Assembly: GCA_964019335.1 (NCBI GenBank) | Contig: OZ025682.1 | Coordinates: 1-64,000, forward strand | Direction: 5' to 3' | DNA: 64,000 bases | From: Diplonema japonicum | Lineage: Eukaryota > Protista > Euglenozoa: Diplonemea | In this document: positions 32,701 through 47,800 of the stretch, one piece after another | Layout: every line of letters begins with the position of its first letter | Position numbering within the stretch: position 1 is the first letter of the stretch | Notes under the pieces: generated by a model | The model's database searches: none | Told to the model about the DNA's origin: nothing | Seen by the model: the letters and a program-made list of their open reading frames with translations, nothing else | Made by a program: the position numbers and the translations under genes

Positions 32701-35147
32701 ATGGAGCGCTTGGAGGTTGAGGACCACGAAGGGAATGGGATGCAGTTCGAGGTCGTGAATGAGATACATGAGGACATCGAGTCTGACTGCAGCACAGTGG
32801 GGGACAATGCGGGGTGCTTCATGAGGTGGTGGAGGGGGCATGCGTACTCTCCCTTCAAAGGTGGGGGGGAGATGGAGTTGACATCTGTTTTCGACGAATC
32901 ATGCATGGACGAGAGGGAGGACATGGAGATCGAATCTGTCATTAGTAGCAGAAGGAACGGAGGGCGAAGCTGCAAGACGTGTGTGAGATCAAAAAAATTT
33001 TGCATCCCGTGTTTAGTGGTGTCCCTCCTCGTCTTGTACACGGTCCTCTGTGTGGCCCTTATGGCGGGAGCGGGCAGGGGCATCAACATCGACTACCTTG
33101 GCAACGCATCTTTGGACCTCACGTGCAACACGGGACAGGCGGCGGAGGGCGACTTCCGGTTCACGCGAAACTCTAACGCGAAGGTTGCACTGACTGTTCG
33201 AGGTGCTGTGTTCAAGTTCAAAAGGTCGAATGGAAAAGGGTACTGGGGCAGCATGCGGCCTTCAGGCACTCTCAAACCTACCTCCAGTAATAAAATACGC
33301 CTTGTAGGTGCTATCGAACCAATTGTCATCGAAGAGCTGCAAGCATTTTTGAGCGAATACCTTAACTGGAGGCTGATGAACACAACACGGCCACAGGTGT
33401 TGCTCACCCTAACAGGTGATCTCGGATCCTCATTCTTTCCATTCTGGATCCCCATAACTGTACACACTGCCATCCAAGCACCCCTCACAGCCAACACGTT
33501 TGCAGTTCATGGCGCGTCTGTGGATATTGCCCGTACTACCCGAGTCTCCCTTAATGTGACAGAAGACGGCTTTTACGCTTGGAACAAAGGTCTCCCCTTA
33601 GGTTTTACAGTCGACTCCCTCCACACAACTTTCACCGCATCATACACACCTGAGGGAAGCAAGGCACTGGACGTCGTGTCTACAAATGGAACGTCTCTAG
33701 GTACTCTATTGGCTAGTCCTAATGTAGCACGTGAGGTGTTTACGGTTAAAGGCGTCACGGGGAAGTGCTTACCGCAACAGGTTGTTGGGGGTGTGCAGTT
33801 TCAAATCCCTGCTAGCCATTTCCTCAAAAAAAACAGCAATATCACAGTTGCAGGTGTGGATGCAACACTGAACTCAGCGATTTTGAAAGACACAACTCTG
33901 CTGGCTAACATAACGGTGAACAATGGGCAGACTCCATTTCCTATTGCGCTGGGGGGGCCCGGAATGGCACTGACTATTGAAGCGGCAGGCGATGCGGAGG
34001 GGGTGGTGGAGGTAATCGGTCCCGCGAAGCCACAAGAGCTTTCGCAGCTGGAATTGGACGTTCTTGTACCAGGGGGTACCAGGAACGTGGTGTCGTCTCT
34101 CGTGAACAGGTTGGAAGTACCTGAGTTATGTTTGCGATCAAATCAAGAATGGCTTGAGTCTTTCCTGCTGGCGATTGGTAACATGCCTTGCATGAGTGCG
34201 GTAGCTTCGCCAGGGTATGGTCTGTGGAACGTCCTTTTTGAGCCCCAAGCTTACATCAAGCAGGCATTACAGGTCACAGACAGGCATCTTACTCAGGTTA
34301 CAGACGATACACTCACAGTTACCCTTGCCCAAGCATGGCCAGCAGCAATCCCACTTACTCTCTCCTTGCTGCCTCTGAAACTGCAGGGTGTTGGGGTGCC
34401 GAATATCACTGTCGGTGAAGTGACGGTGAGGATCTCTGATGTGCTGTTCGACGTGACGTTGTCCAGCAGGCCTTCGGCCCTTGACGAAGAGTTGTGGGAC
34501 CTCATCACGGCGGTGAAGGTACATGTCAGCAAGCAAGAAGCTTTGCAAGGTATTATCGGCGGAAGCAGCTCTAGTTATGGAATGGAGATTGCGATGGGGG
34601 GGCTAATGTGGGAAGACTGCCTGTTCGAAGTACCCTCTTGGGCAGGGATGCTGCGTCCATGGGGAGTGGCAAATCCCTTTCCTGTGAGCTTCCATATCAG
34701 CAAGGGGTTTCTCATGCTGCGTAGCGAGAACGGCAGTCACCAGCTGTACAACACTGAGGCGGCTGATGTTGGCATGCAGATGTTCAGCCCTAGTTACGAC
34801 CCTGAGAACACGACAATCCCTTGGTCACCAACCACCCATGGGGGACTGCAGCCTGCGCTCTTGACGCCTATATGTATATCGTCTCTTACGCCACCTGCAG
34901 AAGTAGACTATAGCTGTATCTGCGATAATATTGATGACACTGCGTTGTGCGGTCTCACGTGGGGAATGCTGCCAGATGAAGTCTGTGATGATCTCTACCC
35001 AAGGCCTTCGGCACAGGTATGTCCTATGGTGCCGTCCTTTACAATCATTCATCACAGACAACATTGTACCAAACATGCCCGTCTCAGTGCCAATGGTGCA
35101 GTAGCACCGATAACAGTACCCAGACTCCTAGCATCCCCCTCGCGTAG
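32701..35147 (+). CDS. Type II membrane protein with large beta-rich ectodomain and C-terminal ShKT-like Cys motif (intron 35017-35057)
   Basis: Acidic cytosolic N-terminus, one TM and many NxS/T sequons. The spliced end reads CDNIDDTALC..VCDDLYP..|TTLYQTCPSQCQWC. Confidence 0.7.
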
Positions 35148-35878
35148 CAGCGCACTTACTTTGCCGTTCGTTCTGTAGTCCAATCAGTTATGTGTTCCTT
35201 GCATTAAAACTTGTGCTGTGGTAGTTCCTGTTCCTTGCCACTTCTGTGCCTATCCTATATGAGTATTATTTTTCTTTTTTTTTCCTAGAAAATACTGCAA
35301 ACCGACCATTTCTCAAAGCATTTTTAAGCCATTTTAGAGTTCGTCCCGGTTGTCCTTGCGGTTTTCTAATCTTATCTCCAGCCGTACGGCACCTTGCGTC
35401 CTGTAGTGGGGAGTAACTCTCTTCACCATTAGCTTCTCCTCCACTTTTAGTGGTGCGCCCGGGGCCTTCCACCCGAGCAGCTCCTGGCCTTCCCCGTACG
35501 TTTCTCCTTCTCCGTATTCCTCTCCGCCCTCTCCCTGCATAGCGAATGCCGGTAGATATGTGGCTTGTCCTACTCAGTAACAGTGCCTGCCTGTCGAGCT
35601 GGTTATTTTTTGTTCACAGAACGCCGCAAACACCGGCCTCCTTTATCTCTTATATATTTGTTTTGTGGGCTGGGTTAGACACATACTCCACACAGTTATA
35701 TTTACACATTTCCCTCCCCTTGTACTATTTGCGAACCGAAGTGAATAAGGAAGAGAACACAAAAAAAAGGAAGAACATCACTTACAAAGTAACGAAAAGT
35801 AACAAAATTCTGAAGAGAACCCTTGCCTGCAAAGGTAGGATTTCGGTGAAGGAAGAACTGCGAAAGCAAGCTTCAAGG

Positions 35879-38800
35879 ATGAAGACTGGGATGAAGGGGA
35901 CCGAGGTGCTCCTGGCGGTGTGCGGGGTCGGATGGCTCCTTGTGGGGCAAGGGGCGGAGGCGGTGACGGCGACGCAGACGATCTCGCTGACGCAGCCCAC
36001 GGTGTCGACGTCGCTGACGGACTCGGTGACGGTGACGGAGCCGACGGGGACGGACTCCCTCTCGATGACGCAATCGATGACCGTCCCGACGGGGACGGAC
36101 TCGGTGACGATGTCGGTGCCGACGGGGACGGGGACGTTCTCGGTTTCCGAGTCGGAGACGCACTCTGATTCTGTGTCGGTGTCCCTCTTCACGGGGTCGC
36201 AGACCATGTCCCTCTTCACGGGCTCGGAGAGTGCGACCATATCACTCCCGACCGGGTCGCAAACCGTGTCCCTCTTCACGGGGACCGAAACCTCCACGTT
36301 CAGTCTTCCCACCGGAACCGCGTCGTCAACCATCTCTCTCCCGACGGGGACGGTTTCTGCAACGGGCTCGTCGACGTACACGGTGGGGACCGGGTCTGGG
36401 TCGACCACGCTCACCGGAACGAAGAGTATTTTCACCGGGACCGTGTCCTACTCACTGAACACCGGGACAGCCTCCACCACGATGACGGTGCCGACGGGGA
36501 CCGCCTCCGCATCTGTCACGATGTCCCTCCCCACAAGGACCTCAACCATCTCGCTCCCAACCGGGACCTCGACGACGACGATGACGCTCCCCACCGGGAC
36601 GAGCACAGCTTCCGCAACAATCTCGCTTCCGACGGGGACCCAGTCCATGTCGCACACGATCTCGAAGTCCCTGTCGGCGACCTTCTCGCTCCCCGCGCTG
36701 AACAACTACACGATGAACGTGGAGCCGTCGTCATTCGTGGAGGGACAGGAGATCAGGGTGCAGCTGAAGACGATCCTGGACGGGTTGGTGACGAACTCGT
36801 CGACGAACCGCCTTCAACACGACAAGAAACTCTTCAACGTGACGGACCTGGGATCCCTGCAGGTGCGGATGTACACGTGGTCGTCCACCTACGCCTCGAA
36901 CTGCGAACTGTACAAGGGGACAACGCCGCTGGCGGAGAGGAACGAGTTTGGGATGACGCAGAGCGCGCGCTACGAGGGGCTCGTGTACGTGCAGTCTGCG
37001 CACGTGACCTTCCCGGCCCCGTCCTCCGCGATGAAGTTCGTGATCTGCTTCAAGCACAGGCTCCCGCAGTACGACTTCCACATCCCGAGCATCCCCGACC
37101 AGATGAACAACGTGTGGCAGGTCTTCTCCACCGCGGACGGAGAGTACGTGTTCCAAGCTGCGGAGTCCCTTGCCTGGTACCGCCTCTCTGACCCGACGGT
37201 GGGGCAGTACGCGATCATCCAGCTCTTGAGTCAGGAACCCGGGTGGAACTTCACCTACGCCCCGTCGGGGTGCCTCAGCGACACGGCGAAGTGCGGCTGG
37301 GGGGACAACCTGAAGATCGTGCCAAAGGGGATGCCGTGCACCTACGAGTACCAGTCCTTCGACCACGCGTACCTCGGGTCCTTGTTCGTGGGGACCGACG
37401 GGAGCTGGATCGGGGGCGGGCTGGACGCGCTGAAGGAGGGGGCGACGGCTGGGGGCGTCGGAGCCTTCGGAACCCAGTTCGCAAACCCGCTCGTGGACAC
37501 CTGGACCTCGTGGGGGACATACTTCCCGGCGAACGACGAGAACTACCAGGGGACGAGCGTGGTGACGGCACCGAGCGGCGGGGAGACCTCGCACGCGTAC
37601 GCCTACGTGAGGCTCCCGCAAACGGTGGGGAGCTACGACATCTGCTTCTCCTCGCGCCAGCAGAGGATCTCGTGGAAGGGAGAGAACACCACGATAGACA
37701 GCGTCCCGATGTGGAGGAAGCTGTTCAGGTGCACGAGCGCAGCGGCGTGTGCGGCGAACGACGCGAGCACGCACTTCTCGACGGTGGCGGAGGAGGTGGG
37801 GTGGTCCATGTTCGACCTCACGGCGAACACCTGGGGGGAGATCGTGTTCGACGACAGCGGGAAGGGGCAGCTCAGCAACAAGGCGGCAACGAGCACGGTG
37901 ATCGTGAGCTCACCGATGGCAACGGCAGACTACCCGCAGGTGCAGACCTCGACGGCGAACTACTGGGCCCCTTCCGGGGGAGACTACTTCCGCATCGTTC
38001 CCTCGTCGCAGTTCACGGAGACGACAACGACGCCGAGGGTGCACCCCTTCACAAGCGGGGTGCGCCTCGGCTCCTTTCCATCGGTCGGCTGCTGGTCACG
38101 CGCCTATGACGTGGCGACCTCCAGCGCCTCCTCTTCGAGCCGTGGCGGGCAAGGGGGCTTCGTAGACGACGGGGCAATGTATCCGATCGGGTCGAGGGAC
38201 CTGACGGGAGACCCGACGCTGGCGTCGCCGACCAGTGACGCGGGAGGTCAAGCCGCGACCTACGCGACTCTGTACGTTCCTGGGGAGCTGGAGACCTGGT
38301 ATGTGTGCTACCGCAGGACGTGCACCTTCAGCGGGGCGACCTGTGCACAGAACAGCGGTATGAGGGTGCTCCCCTTCCACTACACGGGGACCGGATCGAG
38401 CCCCACGAAGTGGCGTCACCTCGAAGGGAACTACCCGTACACGCACCTCCTCGCCCCCGGTCGCTACAACGAGACACTGGTGGTGTCGGCGGCGGCGGCG
38501 GCGGAGGGGGCCGCTGCCGTCGTTGGGGACAACGGGTACCCTCCCCTCGCGACCTGGTACATGAACGATACGAGGACAGGGACGTGGGGTCCGCTCGTCG
38601 TGGAGAGGGTGAGCTCCACGCAGAACAAGGCGATGCTGGACTCGAGGGCGTGGGACTTCGTGAGGGTGTGGAACCCCGAAGACACGGTTTCAAAGACTGT
38701 GGGGAGCACGCTGAGGCTGGTGCCGTACAACAGACCGTGTGACTACCCCGGGTTCACCGGGGCCTGGTACCAGGGGGCGAAGAACGAGGACGGCGGTATG

Positions 38801-41800
38801 GTGGAGTGCAACAGCGCAAGCGCGGAGGCGCGAGACGCGAAGGACCCCGCGTGGAACTGCATGGGTTCAGCGTCAAACCAGAACAGCGTCGCGAACATGG
38901 CTTTCTATGTCGCGGTCCCCGAGATCGCGAACTACCGCGTGTGCCACCGTCTGGGGCCGTGGAACTGGAGGGAGATCAACCCCTCGTCGTACAGGGAGGC
39001 ATGGAACGACGCGACGAACCCGATGCCGAAGGAGACCCTGAAGAGAGGGGGCTGGGTGCAGCCTGCGCTGTGGTTCACTCCGACAACGAGCGCGCTGTCG
39101 CACCTGTCGCTGCAGGTGGTGGAGGACAGGTCGCAGTTCGAGGCGCTCTTCATCGTGTCGGACACTGAGGGGTCGCTCGCGGCGAAGGGGAGGAGGAAGT
39201 GCTCCGGCGGATGCGAGAGCTCGGGCGACGTGCTGCGCCTCGTCCCGTACGGGTCGAGCTGTGACGTGAACCCCACCCAGTGGGACCCTCTCCTCGCGGA
39301 CACGCACCTGTCGCTGTACTGTGAGAAGCAGGGGAGTGGGGCGACAACGACCTCTGGGTTGTACTACGACAGCAGCGCGGTGACCCCGTGCGCCCTCGCG
39401 AAGCCGACGAAGGAGATGTGCGGCGGGACAACCTGCAGCTCCACGAACGCGATGCTGAGCCTCCTGGTGCAGAAGACACCCGACTTCTACGACGACATTG
39501 TGCCACACGACCACGTGTACTTCGGGAGCTCGAAACTCGCGGCAACGGTAACGGTCCCCACGTACAACAGCGTGAGTGCAGCGAAGAATTTCTACACAAT
39601 CTGCTACAAGCAGATGGGGGCGTCGAACTGGGCGATCTTCAACAACACGTGGGAGGTGAAGAAGGCGCCTGCGATGACGATGAGCCCCTTGGCGAGGTCG
39701 CAGAACCTGGTGGGCGGAGAGTTCAAGAAGTTCGTGATGACTCTGACGGACATGATGCTGCCCGTGAACGCGGCGGGGACGGGGGCCCACGTCGGCTTCT
39801 ACGCGAAGCTCGTCCCTGAGCTGCCGCACCAGGACAACAACAACTGTCTGAACCAGCCGGGGAGCACAGAGGGGGAGGCCTACGCGGCGGCGACGTCGAA
39901 GGCGATGTTCATCGCGGGGGGCGCGAACAACTCGATGTACTTCTACCTCACGGTCCCGCAGAAGCCCGGGAAGTACGTGCTGTGTGTGCAGTTGCGGAAG
40001 ACAGCGGAGGACTCGATGTCGTGGTGGAGGCCCGGGGGCTCGACCTCGTACGACTACGACGTGCTGGACAACGGGATCAGGTGGTACGTGGAGGCTGGGG
40101 CGCAGCCCACGAACAACGGTCTGTCTGCGGTGAAGCTGGTGCGCTGCACCCCGATGGACGCCGGCTGCAGCTTCGCGTCGAACCAAGAGACCTTCAACAC
40201 CGACGCGAACGGCGACTCGGCAAAGGTGATCGCGACGACGTCTCCGTGCAGCACCGGGTCGTCGTCGATGTCGGCGTGGGGCACCTCGACTCATATCGGG
40301 GTCGAGGGTGGCGGCGCGATGGGGGTGAAGAACCTGGGCCCTGCGGACGGCCCCACGGACGTTGCGGAGATGCGGGTGACGCTGCCGGGGACGACGAACG
40401 ACGCGCAGGTGCAGTACAAGGTGTGCGTGAGGACGCTTTTGAACCACGCGAACATCGGGACGATCGGCGTGGCGCGCTGGGTGGAGGTGTCGCAGGCGAT
40501 GGGGATGTCAAACCAGGTGCGCATCACGGACGGATCGTCGAAGTCTGCCTTCTACACCGCGAAGGGGTTGATGAAGAGCTGGACGTTGGACGCGGCCCTG
40601 TACCCGGCGAAGTCCCTGTTCACGGGCCCGGCGGCGGACGCCGTGGGGTTCGCGGGAGCCTCTACCCGCTACGTCTCGAACCCCTCGACGGCGTCGTCCT
40701 CGACCGCTCCGACGGTGGCAACCGGGTTCAAGTTCAACTCCTACGCGAACCTCGTGACCTCGCAGAAGAGCGGGAACCTCTTCAAGCTTGTGAAGGTGGG
40801 CGGCCCTGGGACCAGGTACCCGGAGGGAGCGACCTGGGGCCAGCCTTCGGGATGGAGCATGGCCGCGGCGGCGGACTGCATGGGCCCCGCAGTGGCAGCA
40901 GCCTCGAACACCGGGACCTGCACCGACCCCGACGGGAGCTCCGACACGACGGACGGGTCGGCCGTGTGCCCGCAGCTCATCGACGTGGCGACAGCGACGA
41001 CGACGACGCAGATCGAGGCCGTCTTCCACATCCCCCTCGTCCCCGGGAAGTACCTGGTGTGCTACAAGGTGGTGCACAGCAGCATCACAACAGAGAATCC
41101 GTGGCTGTGGCTCCCCTCGGCGACGAACAGCGATTACGGGTTGTACTCGCACCCGACCTTCCTCGAGGTAGAGGTGGCGAGCGCGAAGTCGAACATCACA
41201 GCCTTCGATCTGCGCTCCATGCCGTCAACTTCCGGGGACGGGTCACAGGTGTCGGTGTCGAGTTGGTGTGCGCAGCCGCCGCAGGCTTCGGACGAGGGGG
41301 TCCCCTGCAGCACGCAGAATAACGGAGGCTTCACCACAGACCTCGTCACGATTGTGAACGACACGCAGATCTGCCCGGCCCCCACGGTCGCCCCCGGCGG
41401 CGGGGCCTCTTCGAGCGGGCAGCCTGGTCCGCGCTGGTTCGAGCTCATCCGCACCACGAACGTGTCTGCTGGTGTCTCGGTCACCTGGAGCGCAACGGCC
41501 GACGCCTTCGCGCTGCCACCTGTGAGCTACCCGTCGCTGTCCGGTCAGTACAAGCTGTGCGTGTACAAGGCGGGCGAGGCACAGACCGGCTACTTCCAAG
41601 ACGGGGCGGGCGAGTACGTCACGAAGCAGGGGGTGGTGTACCAGCTCTACAACCGTGGCTCTGCCGATAACGGCGGCGGGAGCGGTTTCTGGAGGGACTC
41701 CACCGGGGTCGGGGCGCCGGCGCAGCTTCTGGTGACCTCGAACCTGCAGTACAACAGCAGCATCCGCTTCATGGAGTATGCGGCGAACCTGGAGACCCTG

Positions 41801-44800
41801 TACGGGGCGTCCGTGGTGGCGGCCGACCTCGTGACGGATCCCTTGACCGGGACGGTTTCGAGGACGCCGCTCCTCCGCTCCGGAACGGCGGTGGAGTACG
41901 TGGTGCAGGTGGCGACGACGGACGGCGTGGCGATCCGATCCGGGTCCTACCCCGTAGACGTGATGAGGTGTCCGCGTGCGACGACGTGGACGAACGGGCT
42001 CGAATGCCCCACGTCCGTGCAGGTGGGGCCCGACGTCTCACCCGGGGACTTCGTGATCCAGAATGTGAACGGCGACTGCTCGATGATGAACGGTCCGGCC
42101 TACGGGTGGTACGCGAACGGGTTGAGGCAGTTCACCGTGTCCGGGGTTGCGAAGTTCAACATCCAGTACCGCTCAGCCTGCCCCACAGGGGAGTTCGGGT
42201 GCGGGATCCGCTTCGTGGCGAACGCCAATATCAACGGTGCAGCGACGACACTGTCCAGCGCAGCGCAGTGGCTGAACATAGACACCCACCCGCCGCTCTC
42301 CGTCGCCATCAACGGGCAGGAGGTGAACCCGACGGTGGCGCCCGCGGTCTCCACCTGCAAAACCTCGAAGGAACCGAACTGCTACCTGAAGGAGTGCCTC
42401 CACATGAAGCCGTGCGTGCTCACCTTCCAGGCGAGGTGGCAAGGGCCGAGCGAATTCTCCCCGAACGGGACCATCAACCTCCTCTACTCCGAGCAGGACT
42501 ACGTGGGCTACAACGCGGCGAACGTACCCGCCGAGGTGAACACGGTGCTGGGGAGCACCTTCGGGACCCCTCCGGTCTTCAGCCAGGTGCCGTGGGCCCT
42601 CGGGGGCACCTACACCCACACCTTCACCCCGAACCTGAAGACGGGCTCCTCTGCCACCGTCTACCTGAACCTCACCTTCGGGGAAAACTCGGTGACCGAC
42701 TGGACGCGCTTCGTGGTGAAGGTGATCAAGCCTGTACCGAAATCGGTGGCGCTCCGCATGGTGGAGCCGACGGATGTGATGTCGGGCTACACCTCGACGA
42801 GGTCTCCGGCTCCAGCCTTCATCCCGCGTGCCCCCGCCGACACCGCAACCGGGGTAAGCCTGCAGGCGATGGTGGGGTCGTACCTGGAGGCCCTCGTCCC
42901 CTACAAACTGACCTACGAACCGATGGACGCGAGCGGGATGAAGGTTCCGATGGTGAGCGGGGCGCTGACCGGCTGGACCGTGACCGCGAAGGTTGACGAG
43001 TCGTCGAACAGCAAGGTTCTCGGAGCCGCCCCTTCTGGGACCGCCTTGATCACGGAGCCAAAGACGCTCCTCTCGCAGGCGCTGTCCGCGGCTGCGGACG
43101 GGACGACCTTCGCCCTCAGCTTCCGGGTGTACGTTGTAGACGGGATGTGCTCCCGCTTCATCACGACGAAGGAAGGGTGCACCCTCACCTTCTCCTTCGC
43201 CCACGCCACGGAGACCACGATCACGACGAGCCTGCGCACCCCTGTGCGAGTCCCGGCGAGCACCATCGAGGTCTCCATCGTGGGGACCGGGTCCGCATCG
43301 GGGGAGGCGACGGTGAGGAACGGGCTCGTGGTGGAGGCGCGCCCGGGAACCTGGGTCGTGTCCCCCCAAAACGTCGACACCTTCGTGTACGACGAGTTCC
43401 ACCACGGCGACATCTTCGCGCTGCTGAACTCCCCGTCTCCCACCAACGGGGCGACGAACAGGGACCACCTGAAGATGGAGGACGACAAGTCGACAGGGGC
43501 GATGAGGGCGAAGACGTGTGCGTATGAGGAAGGCAACGAGTGCAAGGTCTCAAAGTACAGGACGCAGGTCCTGTCCACGTCTGGGTGGGGGGCGACGTGG
43601 ACGATGCGTCCGGACAAGCCGTGCAAGAGCTGCGAGTTCACCTTCCACTCCACGCTGGGTGCGGGGCCCGAGTCGTACGAGACGACGAGGACGGGAAGCG
43701 GGAGGGGCTGGAAGACCCTGACCTGGACCGCGGAGACGATCGAGCTGGTGTGCGCTGTGGGGGGGAGCACCGCTGCAGCGGGGACCGCAACCGTGGTCTA
43801 CTTCACCTCGGGGGCTACAGCCTCCGCCACCTTCGGTGTGACCGTGACCGCGGCGGCGACCGGGACGACGAGCAGCGCCTACTACCCGAAGTGGTGGGTC
43901 TTCACCGACACGACATCTGATGTCGCCGCCTCGTCGGGGGCGTACTCCCTGAACCAGGCGGGGGCAACCGGGACCGTACTGTCCGCAAAGATGGAGCGCG
44001 GGGTGGCGGTGTTCGAGAACCTCAGCTTCACGGGAGACTCCGCCCCCACGGAGGGGACCCCCGTCACGATGACCACCACCTTCCACTCGGTGGGACTGCA
44101 GTACGCCGGGACGGAGCCCGGGTCCATCCCGACGGGGACGACCGCCTACAACTGCAAGGTCCTCGTGGACCTCACCTACCTGGCACCGACGGCCGCGGTG
44201 TCCTACCTGGAGCTGACGCAGGTTGACGGGGCAACGGGTCTGTGCGGAACCGGGGTGACGGCGTCGAAGTGCACCGACTGGAGCACAACGGTAGACAGCC
44301 TCACCACAGGGCTGACCTTCCACGTCGCGGTGAAGAAGGCGTCGAGCGGGGTGGTGTCTGCGGACGCAACGATTCAGAACGCCACGATCGTACCGCTCGG
44401 CGGGTACAGCACGAGCCCGAAGGGGGTCGCCCCCTCGTGGACGGCAACGGACGCGACGACTTGGACGAGCGCGGACATCAAGCTCGACTCGAACTACAAC
44501 ACCGCTGGAACCCTGTTCACGGACGGAACCTACTCGTACACCTACGGGACGATGGATGTGCTCGCGGTGAGGAGCATTCCCTCGGGGGCGACGAATGCCT
44601 CCCTCGCGGACGGTGTCGGGTCGATCAAGATCAGCTACGGGCAGACTGGTGCGACCTCGGTGGACAAGTCCCCCGCGAGGGCGGCCATCTTCCAGATCTG
44701 CAACGCTGCGTGGGACGGGTCGGCGGAGGTGACAGGTTCTCTGTGCACGCAGATCAGGCTTTGGGTGCTCCCTTCGGCGACGGTGACGAACCAGCTGGTG

Positions 44801-47800
44801 ATCACGTCGGAGTCGTCGAGCGGGGCGAAGGTGCGCGGGACGGGGTCCAGCTGCGGAAACTCCCCAGACCTGGTGATGGCAAAGGCCTTCGCCTACTATT
44901 CTGCGGCCGGGGTGACGTCGACATCGACCCTGCGCTACTTCGTGTACGACTCCGACATTGAGTACGGCCTCGCGGTGAAGACGGGATCGCAGGTGCTGGT
45001 GATGAGCGGGTCGACCTCGGAGGACACGACCCTTTACGTGAAGAACTCTCTGTACCTCCAAAGCGACAAGCTCAGGCACACGCTGACCCAAACGGGGGGG
45101 CTGGAGGTTACCTTCTCCTTCTACGGGAGGGACGTGCTGTCGACGGCGACGGCGCTCAGCATCTCGGCCAAGGTGGGGTCAACGTCGTTGAGCTCGGTGT
45201 CGACCTCTGCGACCTACACGTGGAAGGAGCCGACGGAGACGTTCGCGGTGTGGGACCTAAACACAGCGGTCACGATGGACACGGAGTGCCCGTCGAAGAG
45301 GCGCCTGCAGTCAACGATGCACAACTACAGAACGTACGGTGCTGGTGCACCCGCCATGGGGTGGGGGTACGAGCAGGCGGCGGCGGTGGGGCAGCCCTTC
45401 CCGATCGAGACTGTGGTGAAAACGACGACCGGGTCGAGGGCGTGGTCCTTCACCACGGGGACGATGGTGAAGCTGAGCAAGCGCAGCTGGTCCGGGTGCA
45501 ACGACGGTGGAGACCTCTCGGTGTACGAGCTGAAGGGATCGTCGGCGTCGGAGACCGTGTCGACGAGGGAGGGGACCCTGAGCACGAGCTGGGTGTCGAC
45601 GAGTACGCCGATGGTGTCGACGGACAGAGGGGCCGCGATAGCCTGGCCCGTCTTCAGTGCGGAGTGCCAGGCCTGTACCCTGCAGCTGGACCTGTGCTAC
45701 ACCGGAAAGACCACAGCGGCGACGTGCAGCGAAGGCCTGGGGGTGGGGTCGAGCGACCCTTCGGATTCGATGCCGATCTTCTCCGACAGGACGAAGGTGA
45801 CGAAACCCTTCAGCGTGAAGAAGCCGGTGGTGGACATGGTCGAGATCTACTCACAGTCGACCCCCACAGCGGAGAAAGAGTACGGGAAGGAGGCCATCTA
45901 CGTTGGGGAGATGTTCTCTGCGGAGGTGCAGAACGTGCAGGTCTTCGGCGCCCACGACAAGAAGTGGTCTCTGAACGAACAGGCTGGGTCGTCGGCGTGG
46001 ATGAGGACGATGAGCGTGAGGAGCGTGTGGAAGCCTGCAAGCGGTCACGCGACGTCCAGCGTCGAGATGCGCTACGGGAACGGAGGCTTCATGCTGGACG
46101 GGGCGGCGAGGGCGTCGGTGGCGACAGGGTGCTCCGCGGCGGTGACAACTGTCGAGTTCGAGTCTGCGTCGGTGATGCCCGCGTCGCTGAGCGGGGCGGC
46201 GAGCGGCTCGCTCTCCTTCTTCTTCGCGCGCCCTTGCCAGAGCTGCGAGGTGTGGCTGGATTACACGCTGACGCCGCCGACCGGGATGAGCGGGATGGGG
46301 TTGGAGGGGAGAGGCCACAAGGGAAGCTTCCCCTTGAGGATGTACTCGATGGTGTCGTCTGGGCTGGAACAGCTTCCCGCAGTTGGGCAGCCCCTCGTCT
46401 ACATGGTGAAGACCTGCGGGTCCAGCTGGCTCCTCGGGTCCGTTCCGCCCGTCGCTGTGAGGAGGAGGAAGGCCTTCTCCGTGACAGCCCTGAGGGTGGA
46501 CGCGCACAACATCCCCTCGTGGGACAGCAAGTCGACTGCGGCCCTCTCCCTGAGCACGAACAGCGGGAACGGCGGGGGTGGAAAGGCGGCCCTGACCTCG
46601 CCTTCGTCGGAGTCGTCGGACTCTGCGGTGATGGCGCAGGAGGGGAGCGCAACCGCAAGGCTCTTCCTGACGAGGGCGTGCTACCACTGCGTCCTCAACT
46701 TCGCGGGCATACGCCACCACTTCACGGTCTTGACGGACCCGAAACAGATCATCGCAATTCCGACCTTCTCCTCGAAGGACAAGACGCAGTGGCTGACGAA
46801 CGTGGGGGACGTGGGTCAGTGGATTTACGAGATCTACGCCGCGGACGAGCTCGGAGACAGGTCCTACGTGGTCGGGGGCCCCACCCCCTTCGCCTTCCAG
46901 CCCATGTACTCCACTTACAACACCGGCGGCGGCTCGAGGGTAGGGAAGGCGCTGTCGCTCTCGGCCCCGGCTGCGGCCGCCTCGCCCTCCGTCACCCTCA
47001 CGGATGCAACGCTCTCGCTGTCCACCCTGACGGCGGGGACGCCGACCACGTACAAGGTGACGAACGGGTCGGTTGTGCACAACGGGATCCCCATCCCGTC
47101 CGTTGGGAAGGAGCTCGGGGAGGTAGGAACGGCGACGGTAGAGCTGAGCGGAGACGTCCCCGCTGTCGATTTCCCGTTGCAGTTCACGATGGACGGGGCG
47201 AGCGGGGCGGCCGCCACCTTCTGGGGGGAGAAGAAGACGCCGATGGTGGACTGGTCTCCCGTCGCGGACAGGATGGCGGTGGACGACCCAGCGAGCAACA
47301 GCGCGCAGAGCCCGCAGTGTCTGGCAACCGGGATGACGGGGACCGGGGACTGCCACTTCAAGGTGTATGCGATCGCGCGCTCTCCGGCGGCGACCTCCGC
47401 CACCACCACCTGGTACAAGTCGGTCTCGAACGTGGCCGGAAACGTGACGGCAACGGTGACCTGCGCGGCGTGCGCGACCGCCGAGATCATGCCCCCGACA
47501 GGGATCCCCTTCTGGAGGGGCGAGGCTAGCTTCAAACTGAAGGTGCTCACGCTCACGGGAACAGCGGCCTGCTCGTGCGACGTCACCGTGACACCGCCGG
47601 CGGCCCTCACGAACGCTACCGCGCAGACCTTCACGGTGTCCGCGACCCCGGCAACGGTGTTGACCTCCGAGGTGTGGAACTGGGGGGCGTCGGCGACGGT
47701 GATGGCGGCGAACGGCGCGGCGAACAGCATATTGAACCGCTCCGTGGCGCTGTCTCTGATGGCGTGGGACAGCACGGAGAAGCAGACGGGGCTCGGCGGG

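Noticed and set aside
35546-35878. N-terminal 111 aa of the 4635-aa ORF
   Set aside because: AT-rich, mostly absent from copy 2, and upstream of the clear signal peptide at 35879.
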